A stretch of DNA of 22,895 nt, from positions 1 to 22,895 of the forward strand of contig SDNY01000053.1 of the NCBI GenBank assembly GCA_004524535.1, in the 5' to 3' direction. The position numbers and the translations under genes are program-made. Below, in pieces: positions 1 through 8,590 of this stretch. The notes under the pieces are model-generated. The model did no database searches, was not told where the DNA came from, and saw nothing but the letters and a program-made list of their open reading frames with translations. The stretch is from Promethearchaeota archaeon (GTDB lineage Archaea > Asgardarchaeota > Lokiarchaeia > Sigyniarchaeales > SOKP01). Positions within the stretch are counted from its first letter, which is position 1; every line of letters starts with the position of its first letter.

Positions 1-918
1 ATAGAAGGACATTACGGCTTTCATCATTTTTTCTCTTTCCATCCCGTAATAGAATTCATGTCAGATCTTGGCGAAGCATGGTTATCAGATACTTTAAGTT
101 ATAAAAGATTTCCAGGTACATCCTATATAGGTGCACCGGTGGATTCAAGTCTAGCCGCAATGAAAGAACTTGGTTTTGATTATATAGATGATCCTAATGA
201 AATTGAAAATATTAAAGTAGAAACTACAATTCTATCTCATTCTTTAGATGAAATCGCGAAACATCAAGATTATTCCAATTTAGATCCTATAAATATTAAT
301 TTCTCCGTGAGATATTCTGTTGCATATGCGCTATTAAGGGGAGATCTTCTTCCAATTTATTTTAAACAAGCGGAAATCGATAAATATCAAGAAAATATTA
401 GGAAATTAGTTGAAAAAATTGAAGTTGAACACGATTTAGGAATGACTATTAATACATTCTTAACGTTTCCTCAAGTCGTAAAAATCGCTAAAAGAATAAC
501 ATCTAAAGAGAAAGACCGAATAAAAGATCATTTAACCGGTATGAGATCTTCACCAAGAAAGTCATTTTTCACTAAATTAAAAGGTGCTATTCGATTTATT
601 AAAAGTGTTAAAATTTTTAAACTCATCAAAGAATTTAGAAAAAAGAAAAAAGCAGCTTTAAATTTAAAAGCGGTAAATTTGGAAAATTATCCTATGCTAC
701 AATCAGCTAGAACAACAATAATTTTAAAGAATGGAAAATCCTCAACCTCTGAATTTCTTATTCCGACGGGGGGAGCTGGAATTGATTTAGATACTCGAAA
801 AGAATGGGTTAAAAAACGATATGAATTAGCTTTTAAAAAAGATTCAAATCGATTATTTACTCTGATGAATAATCCAAAGACATCTATTCAAGATTTTATA
901 ACAGAATGTATTTCATAA
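1..918 (+). CDS. MmgE/PrpD family protein (5'-truncated by window edge)
   Basis: Frame 1 is open from base 1 (IEGHYGFHHFF..., matching the family 'EG..GF' motif), followed by LGEAW..., YKRFP, FSVRYSVAYALLRG and a C-terminal 'PTGG' motif. The Met at 58 is probably internal. Confidence 0.8.
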   Translation: MEGHYGFHHFFSFHPVIEFMSDLGEAWLSDTLSYKRFPGTSYIGAPVDSSLAAMKELGFDYIDDPNEIENIKVETTILSHSLDEIAKHQDYSNLDPININFSVRYSVAYALLRGDLLPIYFKQAEIDKYQENIRKLVEKIEVEHDLGMTINTFLTFPQVVKIAKRITSKEKDRIKDHLTGMRSSPRKSFFTKLKGAIRFIKSVKIFKLIKEFRKKKKAALNLKAVNLENYPMLQSARTTIILKNGKSSTSEFLIPTGGAGIDLDTRKEWVKKRYELAFKKDSNRLFTLMNNPKTSIQDFITECIS

Positions 919-969
919 CTTTCTTAAATTTTTAAAATCTATATTAGACTCGACAATTTCTAAATTTAT

Positions 970-2697
970 TTATTCTTCTTTTTGAATATATTCAAGTTTA
1001 TCTAAAATATTTCTCAATTTTAGAGCATCTGAGCCTCCGGAGATTTGAATATTTACCAAAGAATCATCATCCGTGCCCGTAACATTAATTTCAATTAAAA
1101 GATCTTCGGAGCGAATCTGTTTTGTTTGTCTCTGACCGAATGCATCCTTTAGAGCTTGATCCAAATTTGAAAATTCAGCAGCTATATCAGCCCAGATTTC
1201 CTTCCAGTAAGAATATTTGAAAACATAATCTGTAACGGTCTGCTTATAAAGCTCAATATTACACCAGTTTATTAGATCTGATCTATTAGGGATATCAAGG
1301 TTTTCCATAAGAGAGTTTCTAATATCTGCAAGCTCCTCTATTTTACCGCCTTTCACAGCATTTTTTATTTGCTGAGCAAGGTTTTTATATTCCTTATTAT
1401 TTATTTCATTTACAAAAGGAATTAGATCGTACTTTACAATCAAGTCGTTCTTTTCATATTTCTTAAGTTCAGTTAGATCTGTTTTTTCACCAGTACCCTC
1501 TCTATATTTTTCAGCAATCTGATAGGAGATTTCACGAGTTTTGAAATGTTTTTGAAGGGTATTCAACAAATTTTTTGAAAATTCATATTTATTTCCATAA
1601 TAGGGAGATTTATCTAATTCCCTTTTTACAAATGCGGTTCTATGTGAGATTACATATGGTGCAATTGTGTTAACAACGTTAATATCAATGTGATTTATTC
1701 CTAATAACCAAGCTAACGCTTTAGAATATCTTAAAAGGTCTTTCACTACTCTAACGCTCAGAATTGAATCAATTTTATTACATACATTCTGAGCTGTGTT
1801 AAAATGACAACCGGAACATAGACCAGTGCTTGGCTTAAGATCCTCAGTATTTCCTTTATCTATTCTGTCACATAATGTGAATTCTCGAATGATAGCATGG
1901 ATATAGTTGTTTACTTCAATATCGGAGGAGATCTTATTAACATAATACCAAATTTCCATCAATTCATCAATGGTTAAAATTTTTGGTACTTGAATGAGTT
2001 GATCCACACCACTGTATTTCTCATCTTTCCCTGTTAAAATTAACTGTAAATCATGGCTTGCTGGCATGGAAATCGGCACCGAAATTCCAAATCTATCCAA
2101 AAAAGGTTCAGAAAGCTCAAAAGTTCCGACATCTTGAGGATTAATTGTTGCATATAAGCAATATTTATTGATATTAGATATTGAATCATAATATTTTACA
2201 GAACCTTCAGCAAGTAAAGATAATAATATGTCTTGAGCATAAGGCGTTAATCTATTTACTTCATCAATTATTTTCCAAAATTCTGTAACAAATTTTCTCC
2301 ATACAACTTCTTCTTCCCCTTCATGCATCAATTTACCTAACTTAAGAGTGCCAACTAATTTTTCTTCTGTTAATTGAGGATGTCCCCTAATTATTGAATT
2401 TTCTATCTCTTCAAGTGAACTAGCAGTGAACATTCGACCCAGATATTTAGTAATTGACGTCTTCCCGCCTCCATGACCACCTATTAAAAGCATAGCTGAA
2501 TTTGGGACTAAAGCATTCAGTATACAAAGGGATAAAATTTCTGGTAGAACTTGTGTTTTAATTTTTTTAATATCTTCATCATAATATTTTATTTCTAAGT
2601 TTTTGGAATGGACAAACAATTGATTTGCTTGAATTAGATTAATGATTTTCCATACTTTTTTCCGTAATTCGTCTTCCTCTCCTATTTTTGTCGTCAT
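970..2697 (-). CDS. MoxR-like AAA+ ATPase with 4-Cys insert and helical C-terminal extension
   Basis: Walker A GGHGGGKT, Walker B IIDEVNR, ATINP sensor-1, 'LSEPFLDRF' arginine finger and 'SVR' sensor-2. Confidence 0.85.
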   Translation of the reverse strand: MTTKIGEEDELRKKVWKIINLIQANQLFVHSKNLEIKYYDEDIKKIKTQVLPEILSLCILNALVPNSAMLLIGGHGGGKTSITKYLGRMFTASSLEEIENSIIRGHPQLTEEKLVGTLKLGKLMHEGEEEVVWRKFVTEFWKIIDEVNRLTPYAQDILLSLLAEGSVKYYDSISNINKYCLYATINPQDVGTFELSEPFLDRFGISVPISMPASHDLQLILTGKDEKYSGVDQLIQVPKILTIDELMEIWYYVNKISSDIEVNNYIHAIIREFTLCDRIDKGNTEDLKPSTGLCSGCHFNTAQNVCNKIDSILSVRVVKDLLRYSKALAWLLGINHIDINVVNTIAPYVISHRTAFVKRELDKSPYYGNKYEFSKNLLNTLQKHFKTREISYQIAEKYREGTGEKTDLTELKKYEKNDLIVKYDLIPFVNEINNKEYKNLAQQIKNAVKGGKIEELADIRNSLMENLDIPNRSDLINWCNIELYKQTVTDYVFKYSYWKEIWADIAAEFSNLDQALKDAFGQRQTKQIRSEDLLIEINVTGTDDDSLVNIQISGGSDALKLRNILDKLEYIQKEE

Positions 2698-2797
2698 TTT
2701 AATTAATAACTTGAATATTTTGCTTGATATTGAATTAAAGGAAGTCCAATTATTTAATTTTATTTTGTACGAATAAACTCGTGAGAGTAGTTATTTT

Positions 2798-3232
2798 TCA
2801 TATCCAAAAATCAACTTTAAAAGAAGGAGATACATCTTTTAGATTCTGAAAATGATTTTTATCTATAGTAATTAATTTGTAATTATTGAAAATAACAATT
2901 GTCCCGATTAATAAATCTATAATTGGTATTGGTTTTCCTTTTTTTTCCAAGGCGATTTTTAATTCTGCATATTTCATTGCTTCCTTACGAGTTAAGGAAA
3001 AAATTTTTTTCCTTTCTTCGAAATTATCGAGTATCATTTCTAAAATTTTTAATTGTGCTTCCATTTTTTTTTTAGATTCTACTCTTTGAATACCATCATA
3101 TAATTCTGCAATGGTATAAGATGTTATTCCTATATCTTGTTTACTTTTAGTTAATTCTTTATATTTTAAAACGATTTTTTCATTTTCACGGAGTATTCCA
3201 ATTATAATATTTGTATCTAATAAGCATATCAT
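2798..3232 (-). CDS. vapC: VapC PIN-domain ribonuclease toxin
   Basis: PIN acidic motifs LDTN, AEL, IDLLI and TIDKNHF. Its start overlaps the stop of the upstream antitoxin by 4 nt. Confidence 0.9.
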   Translation of the reverse strand: MICLLDTNIIIGILRENEKIVLKYKELTKSKQDIGITSYTIAELYDGIQRVESKKKMEAQLKILEMILDNFEERKKIFSLTRKEAMKYAELKIALEKKGKPIPIIDLLIGTIVIFNNYKLITIDKNHFQNLKDVSPSFKVDFWI

Positions 3233-3474
3233 TTATTTTCCTCCGAAGTTAAATGGAGATCTCGTTCTTTTTGAATTTCTTTTTCAACTTGTTCCCAATA
3301 GTCTGAATTATCGTTAAATACTCCTATGTATTTAAGAAGAATATCTTCATTTTCTTTTTTCTCTTGCACATCACATAAACGAATGATGAGATCAGAATAA
3401 CTCTCTTTGTCTTTCTTGAATTTTCGTAATATCTTATATGCCTTTTCGTTTAAAGAAATAGTTTTTTGTGTCAT
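3229..3474 (-). CDS. vapB: VapB-type antitoxin (archaeal DUF217-like, ribbon-helix-helix N-terminus)
   Basis: N-terminal KTISLNEKAYKIL...ESYSDLIIRL is typical of this family, the C-terminus is acidic, and the gene lies directly upstream of and overlaps vapC. Confidence 0.85.
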   Translation of the reverse strand: MTQKTISLNEKAYKILRKFKKDKESYSDLIIRLCDVQEKKENEDILLKYIGVFNDNSDYWEQVEKEIQKERDLHLTSEENK

Positions 3475-3497
3475 ATGAATTAAGTGAAACTTTTTAA

Positions 3498-3517
3498 ATA
3501 AATAGTTTACTATTTAT
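3498..3517. promoter_or_regulatory. Palindromic putative vapBC autorepression operator overlapping TATA-like sequence
   Basis: Perfect inverted repeat ATAAATAGT-TT-ACTATTTAT 24-43 nt upstream of the vapB ATG. An outer inverted pair TTTTAAATA (3492-3500) / TATTTAAAA (3521-3529) flanks it. Confidence 0.55.
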
Positions 3518-3543
3518 ATCTATTTAAAATTTGTTATTTACTT

Positions 3544-3672
3544 TCATCTTCCTACTTTTTCTTCCAAATATTTAATTTCCAGTTTTTTAGAATGAACAAA
3601 TAATTGATTTGCCTGAGTTAAAATAATAATCCTCCACACTTTTCTTCGTAAAGTACTTTCTTCTCCTAACAT
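3544..3672 (-). pseudogene. Truncated, diverged copy of the moxR 5' end (42 codons)
   Basis: Manual translation gives MLGEESTLRRKVWRIIILTQANQLFVHSKKLEIKYLEEKVGR*, versus the MoxR N-terminus IGEEDELRKKVWKIINLIQANQLFVHSKNLEIKY (26/34 identical). It starts 1 nt after the stop of the 122-aa gene (TAA-A-ATG). Confidence 0.85.
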
Positions 3673-3673
3673 T

Positions 3674-4042
3674 TTAAAAATAACCAATGTGGCCTAAATT
3701 ATTATTCTCCTCATCTAATGCATAAACTAATCCTATTGATAACACCTGATCATCCTCAACTTCGTCTTTATTCATATTCTTAGGTTTGGCTACTCTTTTT
3801 ATTGTTTCAAATTTTAATTGAAAAATACCGCCACACTTTTTGCATTTAATATGAATTTTTTTTATATGTTTTTTATTATCATCGGACTCTTCTTTCTTAA
3901 AGGGCTCTAATAAATCAATATCTTCATTATCGCAATTTTTCAAAAAACATTGTGCAAGACTAATACTTTCCATCCCTCTCCTTGCTAAAGAGATCCATGC
4001 GGTACTGGGGATTTCATACCATAAATTTTCATTATCACTCAT
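3674..4042 (-). CDS. Small hypothetical protein with putative zinc ribbon
   Basis: CFLKNC ... CKKC cysteine pairs; 122-aa ORF with ATG start. Confidence 0.7.
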   Translation of the reverse strand: MSDNENLWYEIPSTAWISLARRGMESISLAQCFLKNCDNEDIDLLEPFKKEESDDNKKHIKKIHIKCKKCGGIFQLKFETIKRVAKPKNMNKDEVEDDQVLSIGLVYALDEENNNLGHIGYF

Positions 4043-4258
4043 TTTAATAAATGAACCTTGTTACTTTTTTATACTAATAAATAAAGTAAAATATGAAAAT
4101 TAATTATTTACTACCTTTTAATTTCTCCACTTTCATCATTTTGAATAAGATTTATAAAGAAATGTAAAATAAGTTTATTTATTGATCTGAAAACACATTA
4201 TTCATATTAATTGATTTAGGCGAATAGAGATAATTAATTCTTAATAAGGTAAAATTCT

Positions 4259-5302
4259 TTGGCACTTTCTTATATAGGGTGGGTAGATGGAATTTCGGCA
4301 TCGGGCATTGTTATTTTTGCCACATCATTTGGATTATTCTTTTTTTACAAATCAAGAAAATCAAAATTACCACTTCTTTCTTATGCGGGATTAATGATTA
4401 TCTTTGTAGGTTGGCTATGGTTAGGGCCCACATGTGATTTTTTATCAGTTAGTCTGACTGGTAAAAATTTAGACCCAATTTTATTGTATCCTATTTTAAG
4501 TTATATGTGGGCGGCACCAGCACTTATATGTGCTTCCTATATTTTTACAGAATTAATATTACCCAAAAGAAAAGTAATTATTATGACTTTTTATATTATT
4601 TTAAGTATAATATTTGAATTATATTTATTCTTAGACACAAAAAATAGCTTTACTTTTAATCCTTATAAACCAAATGAAGATTTAATTGATGTCCGATTTG
4701 CTTTAGGATCTCCAGCATTTATTCTAATCGCCATAAATCTACTATCCGTATTTTTATTTGCACTTGTATATTTATATAGAGGGTTTCAAAAAACAGGTAT
4801 ACTAAGAAAAAAATATATCTTTATAGCGTTTTCGTACATTATATTCGTATTATGTGGTGGTATTGATAGTTTAACTTCACCAGGTGTCTTTTTGGCATTA
4901 ATAAGAGTGGTAGGGATAAGTTGTGCATTGTTTATATACTATGGTTTAAGAGAGGAACCAGAAAAAATTGAAAAAGTACCAATTAAAAAAGAGATTGAAA
5001 TAAAGGAATCATTATTTAGAATAGCAAAGAGACCAAGTGAAATAACCGAAGAAGAGGTATCTGTTTCAAAGGAAAAAAAGATTTGTTTGGTATGTAAGGG
5101 AAAAGTTTCAGGTTTCGAAACGTTTATCTGCCCTGAGTGTGAGACATTTTATTGCCATAAATGCGTTCGAGCGTTAATTGAACAAGAAAATATGTGTTGG
5201 GCGTGTTCTGCTCCAATTGACAAGTCAAAACCCGTGAAACCGTTTAAAAAAGAAGGAGAAATCGATAATAAAATCCCAAAAAAGCCTAAGAAAAAAGATT
5301 AA
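4259..5302 (+). CDS. 7-transmembrane protein with C-terminal C4C4 RING-like zinc finger
   Basis: Seven hydrophobic segments in the first ~230 aa, a charged linker, then CLVC-x11-CPEC-x4-CHKC-x10-CWAC (5084-5206). TTG start. Confidence 0.8.
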   Translation: MALSYIGWVDGISASGIVIFATSFGLFFFYKSRKSKLPLLSYAGLMIIFVGWLWLGPTCDFLSVSLTGKNLDPILLYPILSYMWAAPALICASYIFTELILPKRKVIIMTFYIILSIIFELYLFLDTKNSFTFNPYKPNEDLIDVRFALGSPAFILIAINLLSVFLFALVYLYRGFQKTGILRKKYIFIAFSYIIFVLCGGIDSLTSPGVFLALIRVVGISCALFIYYGLREEPEKIEKVPIKKEIEIKESLFRIAKRPSEITEEEVSVSKEKKICLVCKGKVSGFETFICPECETFYCHKCVRALIEQENMCWACSAPIDKSKPVKPFKKEGEIDNKIPKKPKKKD

Positions 5303-5422
5303 TTTACAATTAAATAAATATAATAAAGATTTTTTAGTATTTTTAATAAAAGCCAATTGGCATTAAGCTTAATTAATACCGTTAATTATTAATGCTGAAT
5401 AGGTTACAATTATTTTCTTATA

Positions 5423-5734
5423 GTGGATATGTCAGACAAAGAAGAATTTTCGAAGGAAACTATTGATTATTTATCAAAATTAGCACTATTAGATTTAACC
5501 GAAGAAGAAAAAGTAAAATTATCTAAGCAATTAAGGGATATAATTTCTTATTTTAAAAAATTGAATGATTTAGACACAAGTAATGTCAAACCTACTACAC
5601 ACGCAATTGAAGGATTAAAAAATGTTTTCAGGGAAGATATTCCATGGAAAAGCCTTTCTAACGAGGATGCCTTAAAAAATGCTGAACACAAGAAAGATGG
5701 ATATTTTAAAGCCCCCAGAATTCTTAAAGAATAG
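5423..5734 (+). CDS. gatC: Asp-tRNA(Asn)/Glu-tRNA(Gln) amidotransferase subunit C
   Basis: LSKLALLDL...IISYFKKLNDLDT..V.PT...NVFRED...LKNA...DGYFKAPRI is a classic GatC signature. The true start may be the ATG at 5429. Confidence 0.92.
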   Translation: MDMSDKEEFSKETIDYLSKLALLDLTEEEKVKLSKQLRDIISYFKKLNDLDTSNVKPTTHAIEGLKNVFREDIPWKSLSNEDALKNAEHKKDGYFKAPRILKE

Positions 5735-5736
5735 GG

Positions 5737-6732
5737 TTATTCACGGTATTTTTTTGTTAAAAATCTTATCGCTTCTGCCATATCTTTAAGTGCTTTATCT
5801 CTTTCTTTGGGAGTCATAGAATAAAAATCACTCTCAAGATCAATGCCAATTTCTCTCGAAGCAACTGATTTATACTTTTTATATATCAAACTACTGATAT
5901 AATTATCATAATCATCTAAAGTCTTAGCAAGTATGGGATTTTCCCTAATTTCATCCCATATTTCTAAAGTTTCTAAAGATTTTATACCCAAATCTATTCT
6001 GAACCAACTGATGGGAAATAATAACTTTCTTTGAATTCCCATTTCTATGATCATTATATTTTCCTGATCAATATATAGCTCAGCTAGTTCATCCTCTTTA
6101 AAAACAATATTATCGCTCATAATATAGAGATTTGCTGCCCCTCTACTAGCACATACTATGCCTGTAGCAAATCCTTTTGCCATTCGCAAAAGATCAGAAA
6201 TATCTTCTAATTTTGAACCAGGAATATGTAGATTTCTTTTCTTAGTTCCTTGAAATTCGATATTAATTTTTTTTAATCCTCCTTTATCAATGATAATTTT
6301 TGGAAATAAATCCTCATTCCTTGATTTTTTATGCGCTTCCAGCAGCTTATTTATAATATTAAGATCTAACTTAAGACCTGGAATGACACAGTTTTGGTTC
6401 ATAAAAGCATCGACTTCAAAATCCACGATACCATAAAATAATCTTTTATTATTGATAATATTATTTATGCTATTGACTATGGTTTTAACTAACGCGTCTG
6501 GATCATCTCTAACAGATTTAAATTCAGTAGTAGTAAATGTATCTATTTGATCCTCAATTCCCTCTTCCTGGTAAAATTCTGCCCAGCTGAGCTCAGTAAA
6601 AATTGTTCCTTGAGTATAAAAATTATGTCTCACATCAATACTTAAAATCCTTTTATCTCCTCCAAGTTCTACTCCTTTTTTAGTTCCAGAGGCAAGTATT
6701 GTTTTAGGTGGGTTGTAAAATTCTACGGGCAA
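5737..6732 (-). CDS. Hypothetical protein (soluble, alpha/beta)
   Basis: 331-aa ORF with normal composition and a TTG start. No motif recognised. Confidence 0.7.
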   Translation of the reverse strand: MPVEFYNPPKTILASGTKKGVELGGDKRILSIDVRHNFYTQGTIFTELSWAEFYQEEGIEDQIDTFTTTEFKSVRDDPDALVKTIVNSINNIINNKRLFYGIVDFEVDAFMNQNCVIPGLKLDLNIINKLLEAHKKSRNEDLFPKIIIDKGGLKKINIEFQGTKKRNLHIPGSKLEDISDLLRMAKGFATGIVCASRGAANLYIMSDNIVFKEDELAELYIDQENIMIIEMGIQRKLLFPISWFRIDLGIKSLETLEIWDEIRENPILAKTLDDYDNYISSLIYKKYKSVASREIGIDLESDFYSMTPKERDKALKDMAEAIRFLTKKYRE

Positions 6733-6943
6733 GATTAAATCCTTTTTAATTTTTAATATTATTATCGCTTTTTGTATAGATTCTAATTATAATACAGTAA
6801 ATTATATATAAATAATTAGTGAATATTTTCATTTAATTCTTCATTAATCGTTCTATTCTCTTGAATAATAATTAATTTATGATATTATTTCTAAATCATT
6901 TGAAAAAAATGACTTTAATCTGAATAAATACATAATAATCAAA

Positions 6944-8488
6944 TTATTGTGAAGAAAATTTCCTTCGATATTCTGAATATTCACATAAAATTTTCATACA
7001 TTTAGATGGTTGGTCCCAGAAATCGAATAGAGGTAGATTATTTGAAAGAAATTTTTGATACAAAGGATGTGTATAAAGCTGAGGGCCGCAATAAAAAAAT
7101 GGAATCGATTTTTTACGAGTTAATCTTTGTATAGGTTTTATAATCCCGCTAAAAAATGCACCCAGTGATCCTTTCATTTTTTCATCAATTGGAAAGCCAC
7201 TCATTTCCATAACTTTAAATATTTCTTCGAAATCGAACACTCCATCAAAAATTACACAATCTACTTCTCCAGATTGAATTATTAATTTTGGTAATTTTAC
7301 GAAAAAGTCATAATAACTCTTAAAAAAAGTTATATCAACTGGATTGGATTTGCTTCCAGTAGGAGGTAAAAATTCAGCTATTTTGCTTTGTAATTCTTCA
7401 GAGAATACTGGAACTTGTAATCCAAGTAATTCGATTGATTTTGCTATAATGGAGCCGGAACCACCAGATTCTGTAATAATTCCCACTCTTCGACCTTTGG
7501 GAAAAATTTTATTAATTTGAGCGTAAGATAGAGTTCTAAGATAATATAGAAAATCTGTTATGGCGTTTGTAGAAATAATTCCCGTCTCTTTAAATACGGC
7601 ATCATATATTTTATTATTTCCTCCTAAAGAACCTGTATGGCTCATTACTGATCTATCTGCTGCTTCAGTTCCTCCAGCAAATATTGCAACAATCGGTTTC
7701 TTAGGAGTTATTTCACGAGCTAAACGAATGAATTCTTTTCCTCTCTTAACTTCTTCTAAATATAATCCAATTACCTCTGTTTGAGGATCATCTCTAAAAA
7801 ATTCTAAAAAATCAACAATATCAATATTTCTTTCATTACCAATGGAAATCGATTTCCCGATTTTAACTCCCAAATCGTTTGAATGCCACGAAGTTTGAGC
7901 AGCTACAGTCCCCGATTGACTTACAATTGAAATATTACCTCTTTTATGTGGAAGATAAATCCAAAAAGTATTAAAGTGAGCTTCTTTTTTTTCAGGGTAA
8001 CCATACCAACCATTATAAACACCTAGACAATTAGGACCTACAAATCTCATATTATATTTTTGAGTAATATCGCCTATCTCTTGAGACAATTTATTTCCTT
8101 CTTCAGATCCAATCTCCCTGAAGCCTCCAGAGGTAATTATTAAATTCTTTATTCCTTTTTGACCACATTCTTCTATTACTTGTGGAACAGCTTTCGGAGG
8201 TAATATGATAAATGCTAGTTCAGGAATTACTGGTACTTCGGATACAGATTTGTAAGCTTTAAGTCCTTGAACTTTATCTAATCTTGGATGAATAGGGTAA
8301 ATTTCATCTTTTGGAAATCCTCCTGCGATAATATTGCGTAATTGCATTGATCCCATCGTATTCAGTAGATTATTATTCGCCCCAAATACACACACACTAT
8401 TAGGGTTTAAGATTTTATAAATAAAATGTTCTTTTGAGGGATCTTCGCTCAAATCAGCCGAGTCTGATAATTTATTTAATTTAGTCAA
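6944..8488 (-). CDS. Acyl-CoA synthetase (NDP-forming) alpha subunit / acetate-CoA ligase alpha
   Basis: CoA-binding domain (NPNSVCVFGA, IYPIHP, GPNCLG), SQSG, SIGNE, phospho-His motif SHTGS, ESGG and NPVD. No fused beta (ATP-grasp) domain. Confidence 0.9.
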   Translation of the reverse strand: MTKLNKLSDSADLSEDPSKEHFIYKILNPNSVCVFGANNNLLNTMGSMQLRNIIAGGFPKDEIYPIHPRLDKVQGLKAYKSVSEVPVIPELAFIILPPKAVPQVIEECGQKGIKNLIITSGGFREIGSEEGNKLSQEIGDITQKYNMRFVGPNCLGVYNGWYGYPEKKEAHFNTFWIYLPHKRGNISIVSQSGTVAAQTSWHSNDLGVKIGKSISIGNERNIDIVDFLEFFRDDPQTEVIGLYLEEVKRGKEFIRLAREITPKKPIVAIFAGGTEAADRSVMSHTGSLGGNNKIYDAVFKETGIISTNAITDFLYYLRTLSYAQINKIFPKGRRVGIITESGGSGSIIAKSIELLGLQVPVFSEELQSKIAEFLPPTGSKSNPVDITFFKSYYDFFVKLPKLIIQSGEVDCVIFDGVFDFEEIFKVMEMSGFPIDEKMKGSLGAFFSGIIKPIQRLTRKKSIPFFYCGPQLYTHPLYQKFLSNNLPLFDFWDQPSKCMKILCEYSEYRRKFSSQ

Positions 8489-8590
8489 CTTTTATGCCTA
8501 AAGTGATGTTATAATTCTAAATGATTTATAATTCAAGGAATTAAGAAGATAATTTGAAGTTTATTTTTATAAAATAAAATTACAGAATCT

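Noticed and set aside
3544-3546. TGA ending the moxR remnant as a possible selenocysteine/readthrough codon
   Set aside because: It does not align to a Cys, similarity to MoxR is already lost several codons earlier, and an in-frame TAA follows after one more codon.
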